Shown here: piece by piece, positions 25,531-40,158 of the stretch
Position numbering within the stretch: the stretch's first letter is position 1
Layout: the number at the start of each line of letters is the position of its first letter
Origin: Chrysomallon squamiferum
Taxonomy: Eukaryota > Animalia > Mollusca
Reading direction: 5' to 3'
DNA length: 64,000 nucleotides
NCBI GenBank assembly: GCA_012295275.1
Contig: CM022677.1
Coordinates: 620,001-684,000 of the forward strand
Position numbers and translations under genes: made by a program
The notes under the pieces: model-generated
The model's input: only the letters and a program-made list of their open reading frames with translations
Told to the model about the DNA's origin: nothing
Database searches by the model: none

Positions 25531-25962
25531 TTCTACTTGTAAAATGAAATACAAGTTAGTAGAAACAATGTTGTAGTAGCTGTAATATTACAGGTAACAG
25601 TGGTTGTAATAAGTAAATATATAAATACCATACCCCCACCCGTTATTTAAGCAAACCCGGACCTGGGTGTTTGATTTCGTGTTAAAGAGAAAAGATAACG
25701 GTTTATTGTTGATTAGTAATCTTTTCTAATTGACGTATGCAATTATCAGCTTACTAAATAAGGACATGTTTTCAAGCTGACATACCTCACCTGAGTTTTA
25801 TCTCAATCACGAGATGGTCAAAGTTCTCTGAAAGCGGGTATATTAGATCACGTATTTGTGTGTTTGTCTCATACAACTGAAAACTGGTTTCCACGTCAAC
25901 AGTCTGATTGACTTCTCTTTAGAAATTATCCAACCTGGTAAGAACTTATGAAACTTGCATTT

Positions 25963-26114
<152 letters not shown>

Positions 26115-26433
26115 TTTGCGAACACCAATTTTAATTTCCTCGGATATGCGTTTTATATTGTTATTTGTTAATTTTATTTATTGATTTAGTTATAATTATA
26201 ATTGTTATTGTTGTTGTTGTTGTTGTTTATTATTTTTTTCTTCGTTGATGTTATCACTTTTAGTCTATTGAGTTTTACCTATTGATAACAAAATCACTGT
26301 CACGTACATTGGTTATTAATTACCTTAGGAGCAGATAGAAATGTCTATAAATATTATATATTTCCACATCTAAACAAACACTTTACAGCTTTTTAATAGT
26401 CTTTTTAAACTTCCAGAGAATTTGTTGAATATG

Positions 26434-26483
<50 letters not shown>

Positions 26484-26570
26484 TGTCCATATATGGATAT
26501 GAATATAATGTTTTCCTTCTGTTCTTCTTGTATTGCAAAATCCACCCCCCAAAAAATTAATTAAAAAAAA

Positions 26571-26613
<43 letters not shown>

Positions 26614-27608
26614 AAGCAAGAAAAACAACAACAGCAACAGTAATAATAATGGTTCAATGTATTGTTTATAACTTATGGCTATATATTCATCAATCATTTC
26701 TTTTTCTTTTTTCTTCCTTTCTTTCTATATTTCTTTATTTTATTTCATTGTATTTCATTTTATTTTATTTATAGATCTCTGATTTCAGTGATCAATAGCA
26801 GAGTCGTTAAACAGAAATAACGCATTTCTAAGAAATTATCGTTCAGGAAGTTTTTTCAGGTAGGTAATTAATTTTTTTAAATATTTTTATTTTTTGTGTG
26901 TGTGCTCCTTTCATTCTTTCTTTCTTCGTTTCTTCAGTCGTTCCTTCCTTCTTAACTAACGTTTGTATTGGTCTATCACCTCTTCCAACTAGTGTATAAA
27001 ATGTTAAGGTATTTGTTTTCATCTGCAGTGGAAAACAATAAAAGAAAAACAAAAATTAACATTGTCGCTGCTATTAATGTACATACAACAAACTGCATTA
27101 TAGTGTTAAACATATGAAAAAATATGTAGTAGACCTGGACTTGTAACTTTTACTGTTCATCTGGTACATGGAAGGTGCCACTAGAGGATGTGATAATATT
27201 ATCTCATATAATTTTATTATTTTCCGTTAACGAGTTTGTTTGTTGCTTGTCTTTATCGTCTTTATTGAAATTATTTATCTTCTCACAATGCTGACAAATG
27301 TAAATAATTTCTTATTTTCACGGGTTCTTTCTACACTTATGGACAGATTGTGTATTAACAATTAACTTGACAAATCGCTGTAAATAACACCCGAGTATAT
27401 CTTTGTGTGTCTCGCGTACCAGTGACACGCTGTTTTTATATGACCTACATAACAAGCAAACAGTCAGTGTTAGATTACATTGAAACTGGTCATGCAAGCC
27501 TCGTCAGAGAAATAAGACATGTACACTCATATTCAGTATACTGTAAAAAATATTTGTTATTATTATTGTTGTTGTTGATGATGTTGATGTTGTTGTTGTT
27601 CTATTACA

Positions 27609-27655
<47 letters not shown>

Positions 27656-28073
27656 GTTTATAACTTACGTATAAGCAATGGCATCTAGTAGTATTTAATT
27701 TATTGAATTAGAATTAATGTAATTTATTGTAAAGAAGATTTATGTAAGATCAGTGTACATATATCTCGTAGCACGATTTGTCTATTTTAATCTGAAACTG
27801 AAACGTAACACTTGATGACGTATAAGATATTTGACGTCAGTCCGGTGTTTATCAGTGGAGGGTTTCCAAACTAAAAGAACACAAAGCAGAACTGAAAGCA
27901 GTCGGCCATATTGAACGTGTATAAAATTTTATATTTTATTATGTGTTGACGCTTCCACTGTTCTTAATTTATTATAAATATATCAGAGTTAGTTCTCTAA
28001 CAAATAGATTACTTAAGTGTCAGGTGTTTTAAATTGAAATGAAAAAAGTTATGTATATCCTGACTTTAATATG

Positions 28074-28114
<41 letters not shown>

Positions 28115-28197
28115 GCTATTACTATTACTACTGCTATCCTATTATATCTCTTTTTCTTTTTTTTTTTTTTCTGTTTTTTTTATTAATTTATTTTTGC

Positions 28198-28397
28198 NNN
28201 NNNNNNNNNNNNNNNNNNNNNNNNNNNNNNNNNNNNNNNNNNNNNNNNNNNNNNNNNNNNNNNNNNNNNNNNNNNNNNNNNNNNNNNNNNNNNNNNNNNN
28301 NNNNNNNNNNNNNNNNNNNNNNNNNNNNNNNNNNNNNNNNNNNNNNNNNNNNNNNNNNNNNNNNNNNNNNNNNNNNNNNNNNNNNNNNNNNNNNNNN
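28198..28397. other. Assembly gap (200 N)
   Basis: Fixed-length N run typical of scaffolding. Confidence 0.99.
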
Positions 28398-30206
28398 TAA
28401 ACAACAAACAAAATAAAGATGACAAAATAAACAAATACACAAATAAGCAAGGAAATAAATAAATAAATAACAAGAACATTAATAATAAAAACAGTAACAA
28501 AAGCAGAAGTAATTACTGAAGAAGGAAAAATAGTAATATTACTTTTATTATATTTCTAAATAAAAAGTAACAGCAGAGCGAAAAATAATAAAAGTAGTGA
28601 ATCACTGAGCTGTTAACTAACCGCCTCATTAAACTGAAAACACGTTATCTATATATTTGTCTTCACAGACTCCACACATTCACTCAAAATATATAAACCT
28701 GTTAAGATAAAAAAATAATAAGAAAACTTTTTAAAAAACAAACTAAAAAAAATATTTCATCTTGATGTTCACTTCATAAAATTTGTTGGAACCTGGAAGA
28801 AAAACAATATTTTAAGTAGGTCAAATGACAGAAGTAAATTCTACCGTAATTACCTTAATAATAATTTGTACACTAAAATTTGACATGGGGGGGTTGCTTA
28901 ATCTATAGTCCAAAGAGAAGTAAATTTATACATACACGAACGGGTTAAAAAATGCATAAGAATAATTTGTATTATAGAAACAGTTTGTATTATAGAAACA
29001 ATTTGTATTATAGATGCTATTTATACTTCTTACAATAAGTGTGAAGCATATTTTAGTTACTTGTTCTACTGGTAGATGTCAGTAAGGCATGTACGAATTG
29101 TAGGTAAGTCTATGTCACACATTATGCGCGCTTTGCTAAATGTACTAACGAACTATCAGGTGGTCAGTTTTGAGACAAACAACTCAGTTGAATCATGGTT
29201 GCCAGCTTACAATTTGCATTTGTTACTGAAAATGATATTCATGGTACTCTATGAAATTGTGCTCGAATGCTGAATTAAAAATAAACTAAACTTAATATCT
29301 TAGTAACTAATTTTCAAAACCAGATTTATTTTTGCTTGAAGTGTAGATTAGCTGAGTCAGAGAAAATACCTACAATGGCCAGATGATAAGTAACGTTTGA
29401 TTGCAGTCAAGTCATAGCAAGTATAAAGCTTAGAAAACTGTTTTGTGTTTCTCTTATCACTTATCACGACTGTGCCTTCAAACGAAAGTTTGATGATTTC
29501 AGACAGTTTATTACACGTAGTTAGTCTTTTGTTTGATGATTTCAGACAGTTTGTTACACGTAGTTAGTCTTTTGTTTGATGATTTCAGACAGTTTGTTAC
29601 ACGTAGTTAGTCTTTTGTTTGATGATTTCAGACAGTTTGTTACACGTAGTTAGTACCTGCAACACCTTTCGGGTGTGCGCTCAAACCTTTAGCCGCAGTT
29701 TGTGTATTGCAAGGATTATTGTTAAATATCAGGCCTGTTCCTAAAATAGCACAACACGTGTGAAATTTAAACAATTACTGAGATCAATAGAATTAAAGGT
29801 TGAATATCGATATTATCTGTATACAACTTTGTTAAGCCATTGGTGATAATTACTGTGAGCAAATCATTAACGTGATCAGTGTTTTCACATAGATGGGTAT
29901 CATTAATAATAATATAAAACTAAAGATAAACTGAACTAATTTGTTATTTCAGAAGAGTGTAACAAACTGATATCCATTCGTATGACTCAGTACCTATGAT
30001 CTCATGTTTAATAATAATAATAATGATAATAATAATAATAATACAAGATTGTTTTAAAACATAATGAAGTAAACCCAGCAAAAATAAACCGAATTGGTCA
30101 ACATTTAGAGAATAATGGGTGCTAATTTGGCGTGTGATCTACAACTTACAGGAAACGAGACGAGACGAAGGCAGTTACAGTTTTACGAAGAAATCACCTT
30201 GTAAAT

Positions 30207-30646
30207 CAGGGGTGCGCAACCTGCGGCCGTGGAAACGATGTCACCTCATCACATTTAACGTCTCAGTATAAACACTCGTACAACATGAACATCCATCCTA
30301 TCACTGTCAGATGCCGTAGACAAAATGTCGTCCAGTATTCATTTTCAGATCCGACAGTTTTGAACTTGTTATTTAATAAAAGCAATAAGTAATATTCATA
30401 ACGGTTTTATTGTTTGCTTTAATGGGAAACAACAGGAATGAAGTCAGTTTATATGGAAACATGTAAACGCACCCATTATTTACATGCAGCATTTTAAGTC
30501 ACAGAGGTTCACTGTTAGAAAATTATACAAAATCATACATGTTAGGTTTTCAGAGTTTACGTAATCACAGTGAAATGTCTGCGGCCCTATTGTCAGTGAA
30601 GCTAAAGCGCTGTGGTCTATAAGATCAGAAACTTTGTGCGCCCCTG
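30207..30646. mobile_element. Partner copy of the non-autonomous hAT element
   Basis: CAGGGGTGCGCAA...TTGTGCGCCCCTG; reverse complement of 19847-20281. Confidence 0.65.
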
Positions 30647-31399
30647 TAATGTAGATGTGTAGAAAATGTTGCACTATGTCGTCGTTGTGGTGGAGAAATG
30701 AAGGAAGATGAAGACAAGTGAAGATCTTTTCAGCAGATGTTCGCTCAGTTCATCAACACAGTTATTCAGATTTGTATACTTTTTAGCCCTTGTTCCTATA
30801 AATTATGAATATATAATATTAGGATCTTGCTTTTCCATTTAAGCCGTGACAATAATAATAAAAAAACCAAGAATAAACAAAATAATAATTAAAATAACCG
30901 CGTAGACCACATACCAAAGTGGTACCGAATAATGTTAGTTCAGTCTCTGTGCTATAAACATTTCATTTAAAAAAAAAAAAAAAAAAAAAAAAAATTCCAT
31001 AATAAATTAATGTGTTTGTAAATATCTTCTATTTTGTGCAAGTAAATAACAGACACTGGGAAACCTCCACGGACTTAAGCTGAAGTTGAAATTATAGAAA
31101 CAAGTTCATGGATATAAAATGAAGGGATTCATAATAGAATACTATTAAGTTTTCACAGATGTTGATACGAGAGTAAAGTCTCAAACAGACGTTCTAACTA
31201 TTTCACAGAATTAAGCTGAAATTATAGAAATAAAATTATCTCTGCAGGTTATGTTTCATGTGGGAGTAGAATTAAAACGTCATAGATTTCATGATTAGGA
31301 AATTAAGTTCGTTTAATTAAAACATTCATAAATATATACATTTTTTTAGAGATGTTATTCTGATGTCAGAAACTTGATAAAATTTATAAAATGAAATGA

Positions 31400-31450
<51 letters not shown>

Positions 31451-31475
31451 TTTTTTTTTTTTTTTTTTTTTAATA

Positions 31476-31524
<49 letters not shown>

Positions 31525-31992
31525 TTATACCAGAAATATTTCTTTAACATAGAACAAAATTAATAAAAACTAGAAAATGTGTATCCTTTGATGCATTTCT
31601 TCTTTTTCTTTTTAAACGTTATTCATTTATTTTGTTTCTGTTACTAGTTATTTTATTTGATTTTACTTAATAATAATAGTAATAACGAAAAAGTAGATTG
31701 TACTTGCTGCACTACAGTTAGTTTCGTCTGCTTTCACTTTCAGCCTCAGATCGTCAAAATAAAAACTTTAACTAGACTTGAACCGGGTTACTTGTGTTGT
31801 GAATTAATTACCAGTAAATCAATTTATTTATTAATGCCCATTCAATAAATTAATAATAATAAAAAAATATTCATCCAAAACTATAACTGATAAAGGAAAA
31901 AAGAAAACTGAAACACCTTTTTGTGTTATAACGTAATATTAATCACAAATTGACATGATCAAGTCTAGCGTTAGATTTAATTATTTATCTGG

Positions 31993-32081
<89 letters not shown>

Positions 32082-35000
32082 TCTCAATAAAATAAATTAT
32101 AATTATAATTCAAGGTGAGGATTGGTTCAGAGTATGTTTAAAGTTAGGACAATGTTAGAGTTGGTATTAATTAATTCATTACATTTAAAATTATGGTTAG
32201 GATTAAATCTATTTAAAGATACTTTCATAAGTCTTTCAGTAAGTCTTTCATTTAGAACATATTCTATATCAAGGCTAGGATTAAATTAAAAAATTTTGTT
32301 CTCAATTAATTTAATATTATACACAAAAGGTAAATTACTACCATAGCTATTTAATAGCTCTAAAGAAATTATCCAATTTTAATTCAATAAATCTATATGA
32401 AAGTATACATTTTAGACTTTTAGATGTTTTGATAAATTAGGTTAGAATTAGTTAGATTTGAAATGAACTTTTGCTGAATTTTATATATATTTATTTATTT
32501 AACAATATTTAATTTATTATTATTAGAACAGGGTCAGGATTTGGTAACAGATATGAAATAAACTTTTTATGATTAATAAATATTTCATTGTTATAAATAG
32601 CTTTTGTATTACGGTTACGGTTAGGGTTAAAATCAGGATTTGGTTTAAAATTAGATTTATCTTAATAAAAGTTAACTTTCAAATTCAATACATTTTTCAG
32701 TTAAGAAATGTTTCGCATTACAGTAGCATGGCCCTTAAATATCGCGCGCCTTACCATCTACTTTTTCATCTTAATCAAACTTTTCAAACTGGATTATTTT
32801 TCTTCAAATGCGAGCATAATAAACTGAAATTATAATTAATTAAAAGACTAATGTATTAACTTGTGTAGCTGTCAAATATTCCCCAGCAGAAAATAACTTT
32901 TTTAATTATTATTTTTATTGGCAATGGTACAGTTTACAAAACATGATTTACAAAATATAAATACAAGGAACAAAAACAAAAAATACGCACAGCACGCAGG
33001 GAAAGAACATTTAGGTGACGTTTGTATCCATTAAATCGACGAAATGTCTGGAGGCTTTTTCCCGTGACGTAATTTGTGCCGTTACGAGTTATCGTTCCTG
33101 TTGGTGCATGCTAATTAAAGCTTCATTTTATACTGATTTAAAAACAGTATTAGAAGTGAAATTTGTAACAGAACACACACAGTCTGTTAAATGAATTCAA
33201 CTTAAAGCTTAATCAATTACATTAAAATATGTCACACGCTGTCATTAATCAACTTTCATTATTATAAACATTAGGACAAAAAAAACTCATATAATTCTTT
33301 ATTTTATTTCCAGCACAGTCACTGAATATTTGTTTGTGAACATTTTTGAAACACTGACACCATTTCTGACATTGTCCACACTTAGGTAATTGCTACCTCA
33401 TTTCTGTCAGTTGTTAATTATACCCATCAGTTTTAATCGTTCATGTGGCGGGTTTGTTGTGTGTGTGTGTGTGGATGTGTGTGTGTGTGTGTGTGTGTGT
33501 GTCTGAATGTGTGTGTGTGTGTATGTGTGTTTATTTAGTCTTCATTGTAAACATTTTTCCATTTACACAGTAAACTATATACAAACCTTCTATGATATAT
33601 AACTATTTACATCTATATTTACCTCTACATGAGTACCCCCAACCCCTTTATTTTTAGGAGACACACTGAATACCCTCATGACAGAGAACACGGCTCATCA
33701 GTGCTACCTGACATACATGGTTGGCTGCTTTTACTCCTCCTGACCTTTAAATCAGAGAGTGGGCGAGAGCCAAGGTTACCAATCTCTAGCTGCCGTAAAT
33801 AAACCAGCCCCATCGGCAAAATTCATAAGTCATCTTTGGCCCCTTAAAATCAAATATATCTACATTACCTGAACCTGCCTCCTCAGTAAATTTGACTGTG
33901 GGCTGAACAACTTCCCTTTGTCCCAGAAGGTGGAGCGGATTCCTCTGGCAGACTCGAGTGAATCTTTAACAATACCCTGTTTCCCTACAGTTCAGCAGGT
34001 GAACGTTAATCTGGACCATTCACCTCCCCGAGCCGTTTACCACTAACCACACAACTGACTGTATTTTCCTGGAATTAAATAAGTTATTAAGTTTTACAAA
34101 TAATCTGTATCATACAACACAGATCAGTGAGTACTTAAAAACTACTGACCTAGGTAAAGGAGAGATATTTTGGTGCCATTTTGGAATTCATCAAACTTTA
34201 GTATGTTGGTTTTTAAACAACATATTTTGTTTGAATGGTAGGCTATGACTGCCTATGCCAGGATTAAAAATATAAATTTCCAGCTAACTGTATTCTGCTG
34301 TATTGATGTACGTTCCATGTTGGATAATAATTAGTGTTTTGTTATCGCTCGATAAATTAAGAATGAGTTTCACAAATTTCACCGTCTGGGATTTCGACTA
34401 TAGTTTTCCTTAACAATGATTTTATACATTCACTTGAAATTATTTCCTAAGTGAAATATTCAGTTCACTGGTGTTTAAAAAAATCTGATCAACAGAATAA
34501 GACACAGGTAAAGTTGGCTAAAATAAAAAGGCTAAACAACAGCAGCCAAGAGCAGAACAACCAGGACGGCAAACAACACGGACCCGGTGATGGCTGAGAG
34601 ATTGTGCCGGAGACCACAAGGGGCGAATTGCGGCTGTGAAACATCGGTACCGACTCGTCACGATCCGATATGCTGGACACTTCCTTGTGTCCTGCAATCG
34701 TGGCGAGAACCGATTCTTTTCCCTACCCAAAACTCTTTTCTGCGACGGACACGCTATTATAGTCTGCTACCCTTTCAGGTACTAATACCACTCAGATTAG
34801 TCACATGACATATGGCACTGCCTAAAATCCTTTAAGTTAGCATCTCAGAAAACTTATCATCCAACTCCTTGTAATGCCAAAATTAACTGAGAGTTTCTGT
34901 CAATATTATAAAGAGGATGGACTGTAATTGAGATTAAAAAAGAACAAATCACAACATAATGAACGTTTGTAATGTTATGTAAAATGTTTCAATTTGACGA

Positions 35001-35139
35001 AATGTCTAATTTTGAACTGTTGCCATTATCTTTGAATTCAGTTTACGTTAACACGTCACACAGCAAACTGCCTAAATAACAAGTTGGTATTTGCTTCATT
35101 AATTAATTAAACTTTTACCTGTCTGTTTATCAATTTCAG

Positions 35140-35270
35140 GTGTTGATTTATACAGGTATTTGGAAGACGCGCCAGAGCGTGTTGTTGTCATCATCAGCGC
35201 TGACCTCGCACACACGCATCTCAGCACTGACCCATACGGTTACTCCAACGCATCAGAGCCATTCGACCAT
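35140..35270 (+). CDS. LigB/Memo-fold gene, exon 3 (right copy)
   Basis: tttcag|GTGTTG...GACCAT|gtaagt; encodes ...SADLAHTH...EPFDH. Confidence 0.8.
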
Positions 35271-35624
35271 GTAAGTACAATCAGTCAGTCGTGCTTGAAC
35301 CTGTTAAAGACACTTTAAAATTTCACCACAACAACAGTATCAAAGCAGATATGTTTTGTAATAGCACCTGAGTACATTTTTATATTTGTGATTAATAGGT
35401 GTTAAATAGGCTTATTTATTTGTTTGAATTAATGAATGTGACTGACGTTTGGGAGAATTTCTAAAACTATTTATGTTTAATGTTATGGGTAGGAAAGAAC
35501 ATGCTGCAACTGTTTTGTCTTCAGTGTTGAAAGACTTGTGTGATTAGTACACATAACTGATCATATTTTTTTTTTTCTCATTAATACAGTTGTCACGATG
35601 GTTCTCATTATTTGAATATTTCAG

Positions 35625-35742
35625 GCTGTTGGTGAGTGGGCAGCGACTCTGGACGGCATGTTGCTGTTGAACAGAGCGGCTGGACTAGTCGATCGCGCGC
35701 TGTCGTGTGGTTACACGGGTCTAGTCATGTTACATGGTCTGT
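35625..35742 (+). pseudogene. LigB/Memo-fold gene, exon 4, 3'-truncated (right copy)
   Basis: Matches left exon 4 up to MLHGL, then jumps into an (AAT)n tract; the YYGMM C-terminus is lost. Confidence 0.85.
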
Positions 35743-36451
35743 AATAATGATCATAATAATAATAATAATAATAATGATGATGGTAATGATAATAATAAAC
35801 TTTGATGTTACTCCAAAGCAACCATGTAGTCTTCTATAAATCTGTGTTAAAGAACGTTTTTCTAACACAGTGTATTGATACAAACTACAGTCATGCATCG
35901 CTTAACGTTTCATGTACACGCCCTTTGCCCATAAAAATAACAAGAAAGTAATGGTAATAATGATGCTGCAGCTGCTGCTGATGATGATGATGACAATGGC
36001 AAACAAATACAGAAAAGAACAAAACACAAAAAATTAACAGTTCACATAAACAGCGGAATGTGAAGGTCGTAAGTGGCCTTAGAACGGGCTCCTAGCCTAT
36101 ATTTATGTTTTTATCTGACAGGTTTTGACAGAAATACCTCTGGTACTGGCTGACATTGTTCGCCTAGTTTAATAAACTGTACAGTACTTTTGATATATTT
36201 CCTGACGTAAGAAATACACGTACATTACATGAAGGTTCGTGTAACTACAACAGTCACAGTTAGGTTAGCACATCGACCTCGTCAGTTAACGCATGTATCT
36301 GGGACGTTGAACGACTTTGGACAGCTAGTATTGTTTCTAAATAGCAAACACCAGCTGACACCTTGAGTAACTGTTATATATTAGTTTTATGTAACTTTAG
36401 TGTTAAACTGCTAATATGTGTTAACAAAGACACAAACGAGGATCACCTTAT

Positions 36452-36505
<54 letters not shown>

Positions 36506-36523
36506 GCAGCAATAATGATGATG

Positions 36524-36557
<34 letters not shown>

Positions 36558-38407
36558 GAAGAAAAACAACAATAAAAGCATCATCAGCAGCAACAAGAAC
36601 ATTTTTGTCACGTCGGCACACTGTTACAGGTGGACATCACTAATCCGGGATGTTTGGGATCTGCAGGATGCCGGAATGATGGACAGTTTGTGATAGTTTA
36701 GAAAATTCATCAGCTCATCCTAGCTTTGAAATACCACCTTATACGGTTATCGAATCTTTTTTTTTTAAATCCTTTTTTTTTTTCTAAATCCGAACTGAAT
36801 TTTATCTTTCAGTAACAGTGTACATAACCAGCAGCCTTTCCTTTGTTCACTGAAACAGTAGCTAGTTTACAGATTACAGATTATAAGATAGCTAGGTTAC
36901 ACATTATAAGATAGCTAGGTTACACATTATAAGACTGTAACAATAAATGAAGAAAACAAATTGGAATGTTTGCAAGAGACGCCATCAGCAGTTATGCAGC
37001 CTGTAAAAGTTAGAAACAAATTGGTGCCGTAACCCAGGAAATTTTAAATATTTGTCACAATTTACCAGAAGAGAGCTTTTCATCTAGAGAAACAACTCGA
37101 TTCCGTTTGTTGAGAAACGAAATTTATGTGCGTTAATAGTTCGGTATTTCATGAAGGATATACCGAGTCGAGGAGATGGCTCCACTACACAGTTTTATTT
37201 TGAGATAAAAGTTGGATTATGTAAGTCAAGTCTGCAGATGCCCGGTCTAACACACAGGCAGGGTCTTAGGCTCTGAGTTGTTTTAAAACATTACGTTTTG
37301 AAAACTTGCTCTCTGATACACATGAAACCTGATGTGGGTGCTTGACGTACAATGTTGTTTCTTTAGCATGTGTCAAACATTTTAATATTTACATATTTTA
37401 TTGTTCAACCCACGCTATTTCTAACTAATGTGTCATAGCTGTTGAATGAAACAAAACCAATACTCAGTTTAGTTACTCCTAGATATTAGTTGTTCTCCTC
37501 CAGGAATATCTCCTTTCACTTTTCAGTAGAAAACAAATTATTCATTATATTTTATTTATTGTACGAAAATGCTGTTTAATACTGAATAGTTACTATTGTG
37601 ATAGAATTACACTTGATAACAAGTAAATGTTGTAGATAATAACGAATCTCTGGAAAATCACGTTTTTAAATCCCTGGAGTCGATAGCCTTACTTTGCCGT
37701 TAAATCCACATTCTATTCTACTCAATTCATTGTGACTAACAAATGAAGTTCTATTTCTGTCATTAACCAGACTAGTCTACTTTCAGCACCTCTGTTGACT
37801 TCCTCTGATTCCTACTGGTTACCAGAAGCTGTGAATGTGACACAGTGACTGTTTGTAGAGAACAATAATGTTATATGTGAAAAGCTACATATTAAATAAT
37901 TATTACATTGTGTGTGATATTGTGCAAGGGCAAATTAAATGAGTGAGTAGATCATTTAGAAACAAAAGACAAATTGCTTATTTGTAAAAATATAATAAAC
38001 ATTGATCGATGTTGTATAAGTGGTGCAGAGTAAATATTTTTTAATTTATATAAAACATTGCAATAAAAATACACCTACACGCGCACGCGCACCTACATAC
38101 AATACAATGTATTTCATTCCTACATAGAGGTCATTAATCCATTTAGTGGGAAAGTGCTCAAACCACTGTGTTACAGTCTGTGTAAGTTTCAAACATGTTT
38201 TAGCCGCGTAATGAAGATGTGTCTAATGGTGCGTTCAGTTTTAAACGTGTCACTACTTAGCTTACCAAGTTCTTTAATGTTTAACGTACTATCTGCTGAT
38301 GACGATCTATGTGGATTAAAGCTTTTCGATAATGAACCAATAACAGAAACGCAAAACTAATTTACACAGTACAACGCGAACCTGAGATTTAGGCGTGTAG
38401 GCCTGTT

Positions 38408-38570
38408 CAGCTTTGATGCAGGCCTATCACACTTACAGGTAACACAGTGTTTCGGATGCAGCGTTATCTACAACATGTTATTACAGCTTTGATGCAGGCC
38501 TATCACACTTACAGGTAACACAGTGTTTCGGATGCAGCGTTATCTACAACATGTTATTACAGCTTCGATG
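38408..38570. repeat. 76-bp tandem duplication
   Basis: cagctttgatgcaggcctatcacac at 38408 and 38484. Confidence 0.9.
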
Positions 38571-39189
38571 ATGCTGAATTACGAAAGAAAAATGTGAGGC
38601 GCGGCCGCTGAAAAGGAGCTAAAGTAATACGCCATTATTACCTCAGATTTTCTCACTTACAAATCAACTTTTAATAATAATGATGATAATAATAATAATA
38701 ATAATAATAATGATGATGATGATGATGCTGGTAATAATAAACTTTGATGTTACTCCAAAGCAACGATGTAGTCTTCTATAAATCTGTTTTAAAGAACGTT
38801 TTTCTAACACAATGTATTGATACAAACTACAGTCATGCATCGCTTAACGTTTCACGTACACGCCTTTTGCCCATAAAAAGAACAAGAAAATAATGGTAAT
38901 AATGATGCTGCAGCTGCTGCTGATGATGATGATGTTGACAATGACAAACAAATACATAAAAGAAGAAAAAACAAAAACAACATCAACAAAAAATTAACTA
39001 TTGGGACAATTGAGAAAACCAACTCTTATAAATTAACAAGGCGATAATATAGATTTTTAATTCCTATCGATTATCATTATACAAATAAAATATTATTTCC
39101 TTCAGATGTATTGTTGCTCTTTAAGGAAAAACACAGAAGGGCAGGTAACTCTAGAGTCATATGATTTAAGAACGAAATAGAAAGTCGAG

Positions 39190-39644
39190 ATGTGTTTTGC
39201 AATTGTGATTGTGTTTTTCACATCACTTGATTTATCTTTCTCCAAACTACTGGCCGGGTTCGTTCTGCCGCACGGCGGAATTGCTCTGGATCCGAAACAT
39301 TTCAATACAACAAACCACACAGCAAAACAAGAAGCGTGGAAAATTCACGAAGCCTGCAAAACTGTCGATCAGACGATTCTGTCTTTATCGCCCGACATAC
39401 TTTTTCTGAGCACGCCCCATGGTATTTCTGACTTAAATAACTTTGTGTTCAATTTAAATCCCACAGGAGAAAGCTTTACAGATACTGATAATTGCAACTG
39501 TCCTCCCTGTTGTTATAAAGTAACCGCTAATCTTTCTAGCCAACTTTCGGAAGACATCGTAAATAAATTTGGCTCTGCTCGGAATATTTCGGGATTAAGC
39601 GGTTATGGTCCACTCGGTAAAAGCGATGAAGCATTTCCATTGAG
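39190..39644 (+). CDS. LigB/Memo-fold gene, exon 1 (right copy)
   Basis: 455 nt, only a few substitutions relative to the left copy; donor gtgag. Confidence 0.85.
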
Positions 39645-40033
39645 GTGAGAAATTTCATGCATGTAAAAATTAGCATAAACACTTCTTTTTTAAATTAGCA
39701 TAAACTAATAATACTGACAGCAAGAAAACATTATCGTATAAAAATATAGTTATTGATACACCAATTTCTGTTTTCGTTTAATGCAACTTCTCACAAAAGA
39801 CTGAGGACCCACAATATGCCGTTTTCGAAACGTAAAGTACATGAAAATTATATATTTATTTACAATCCTATTGATAATATATTATACAGAAATGTTTCTA
39901 TATATTTTATCCCAAAACTGACATTATTTATAAATACTCTTGTAAAGTAGAGTCATACAATTTTTTGTTTTAAATTTCATTTTCTTGTATTCATTTTGTT
40001 ACATATATATTTATTTATTTGGCACATATGAAG

Positions 40034-40158
40034 ATGGGGAGAAGTGATCCCACTTCATTTCATACCAGATCTGGAAAACACAAAAGTTGTAATTCTCTCG
40101 CAGCCCAGCAGACGATATACACATGATGTTGCCATGATACCAGAACTTCTCCATTTAG
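40034..40158 (+). CDS. LigB/Memo-fold gene, exon 2 (right copy)
   Basis: aag|ATGGGGA...TTAG|gtattt, 125 nt, open frame. Confidence 0.8.
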
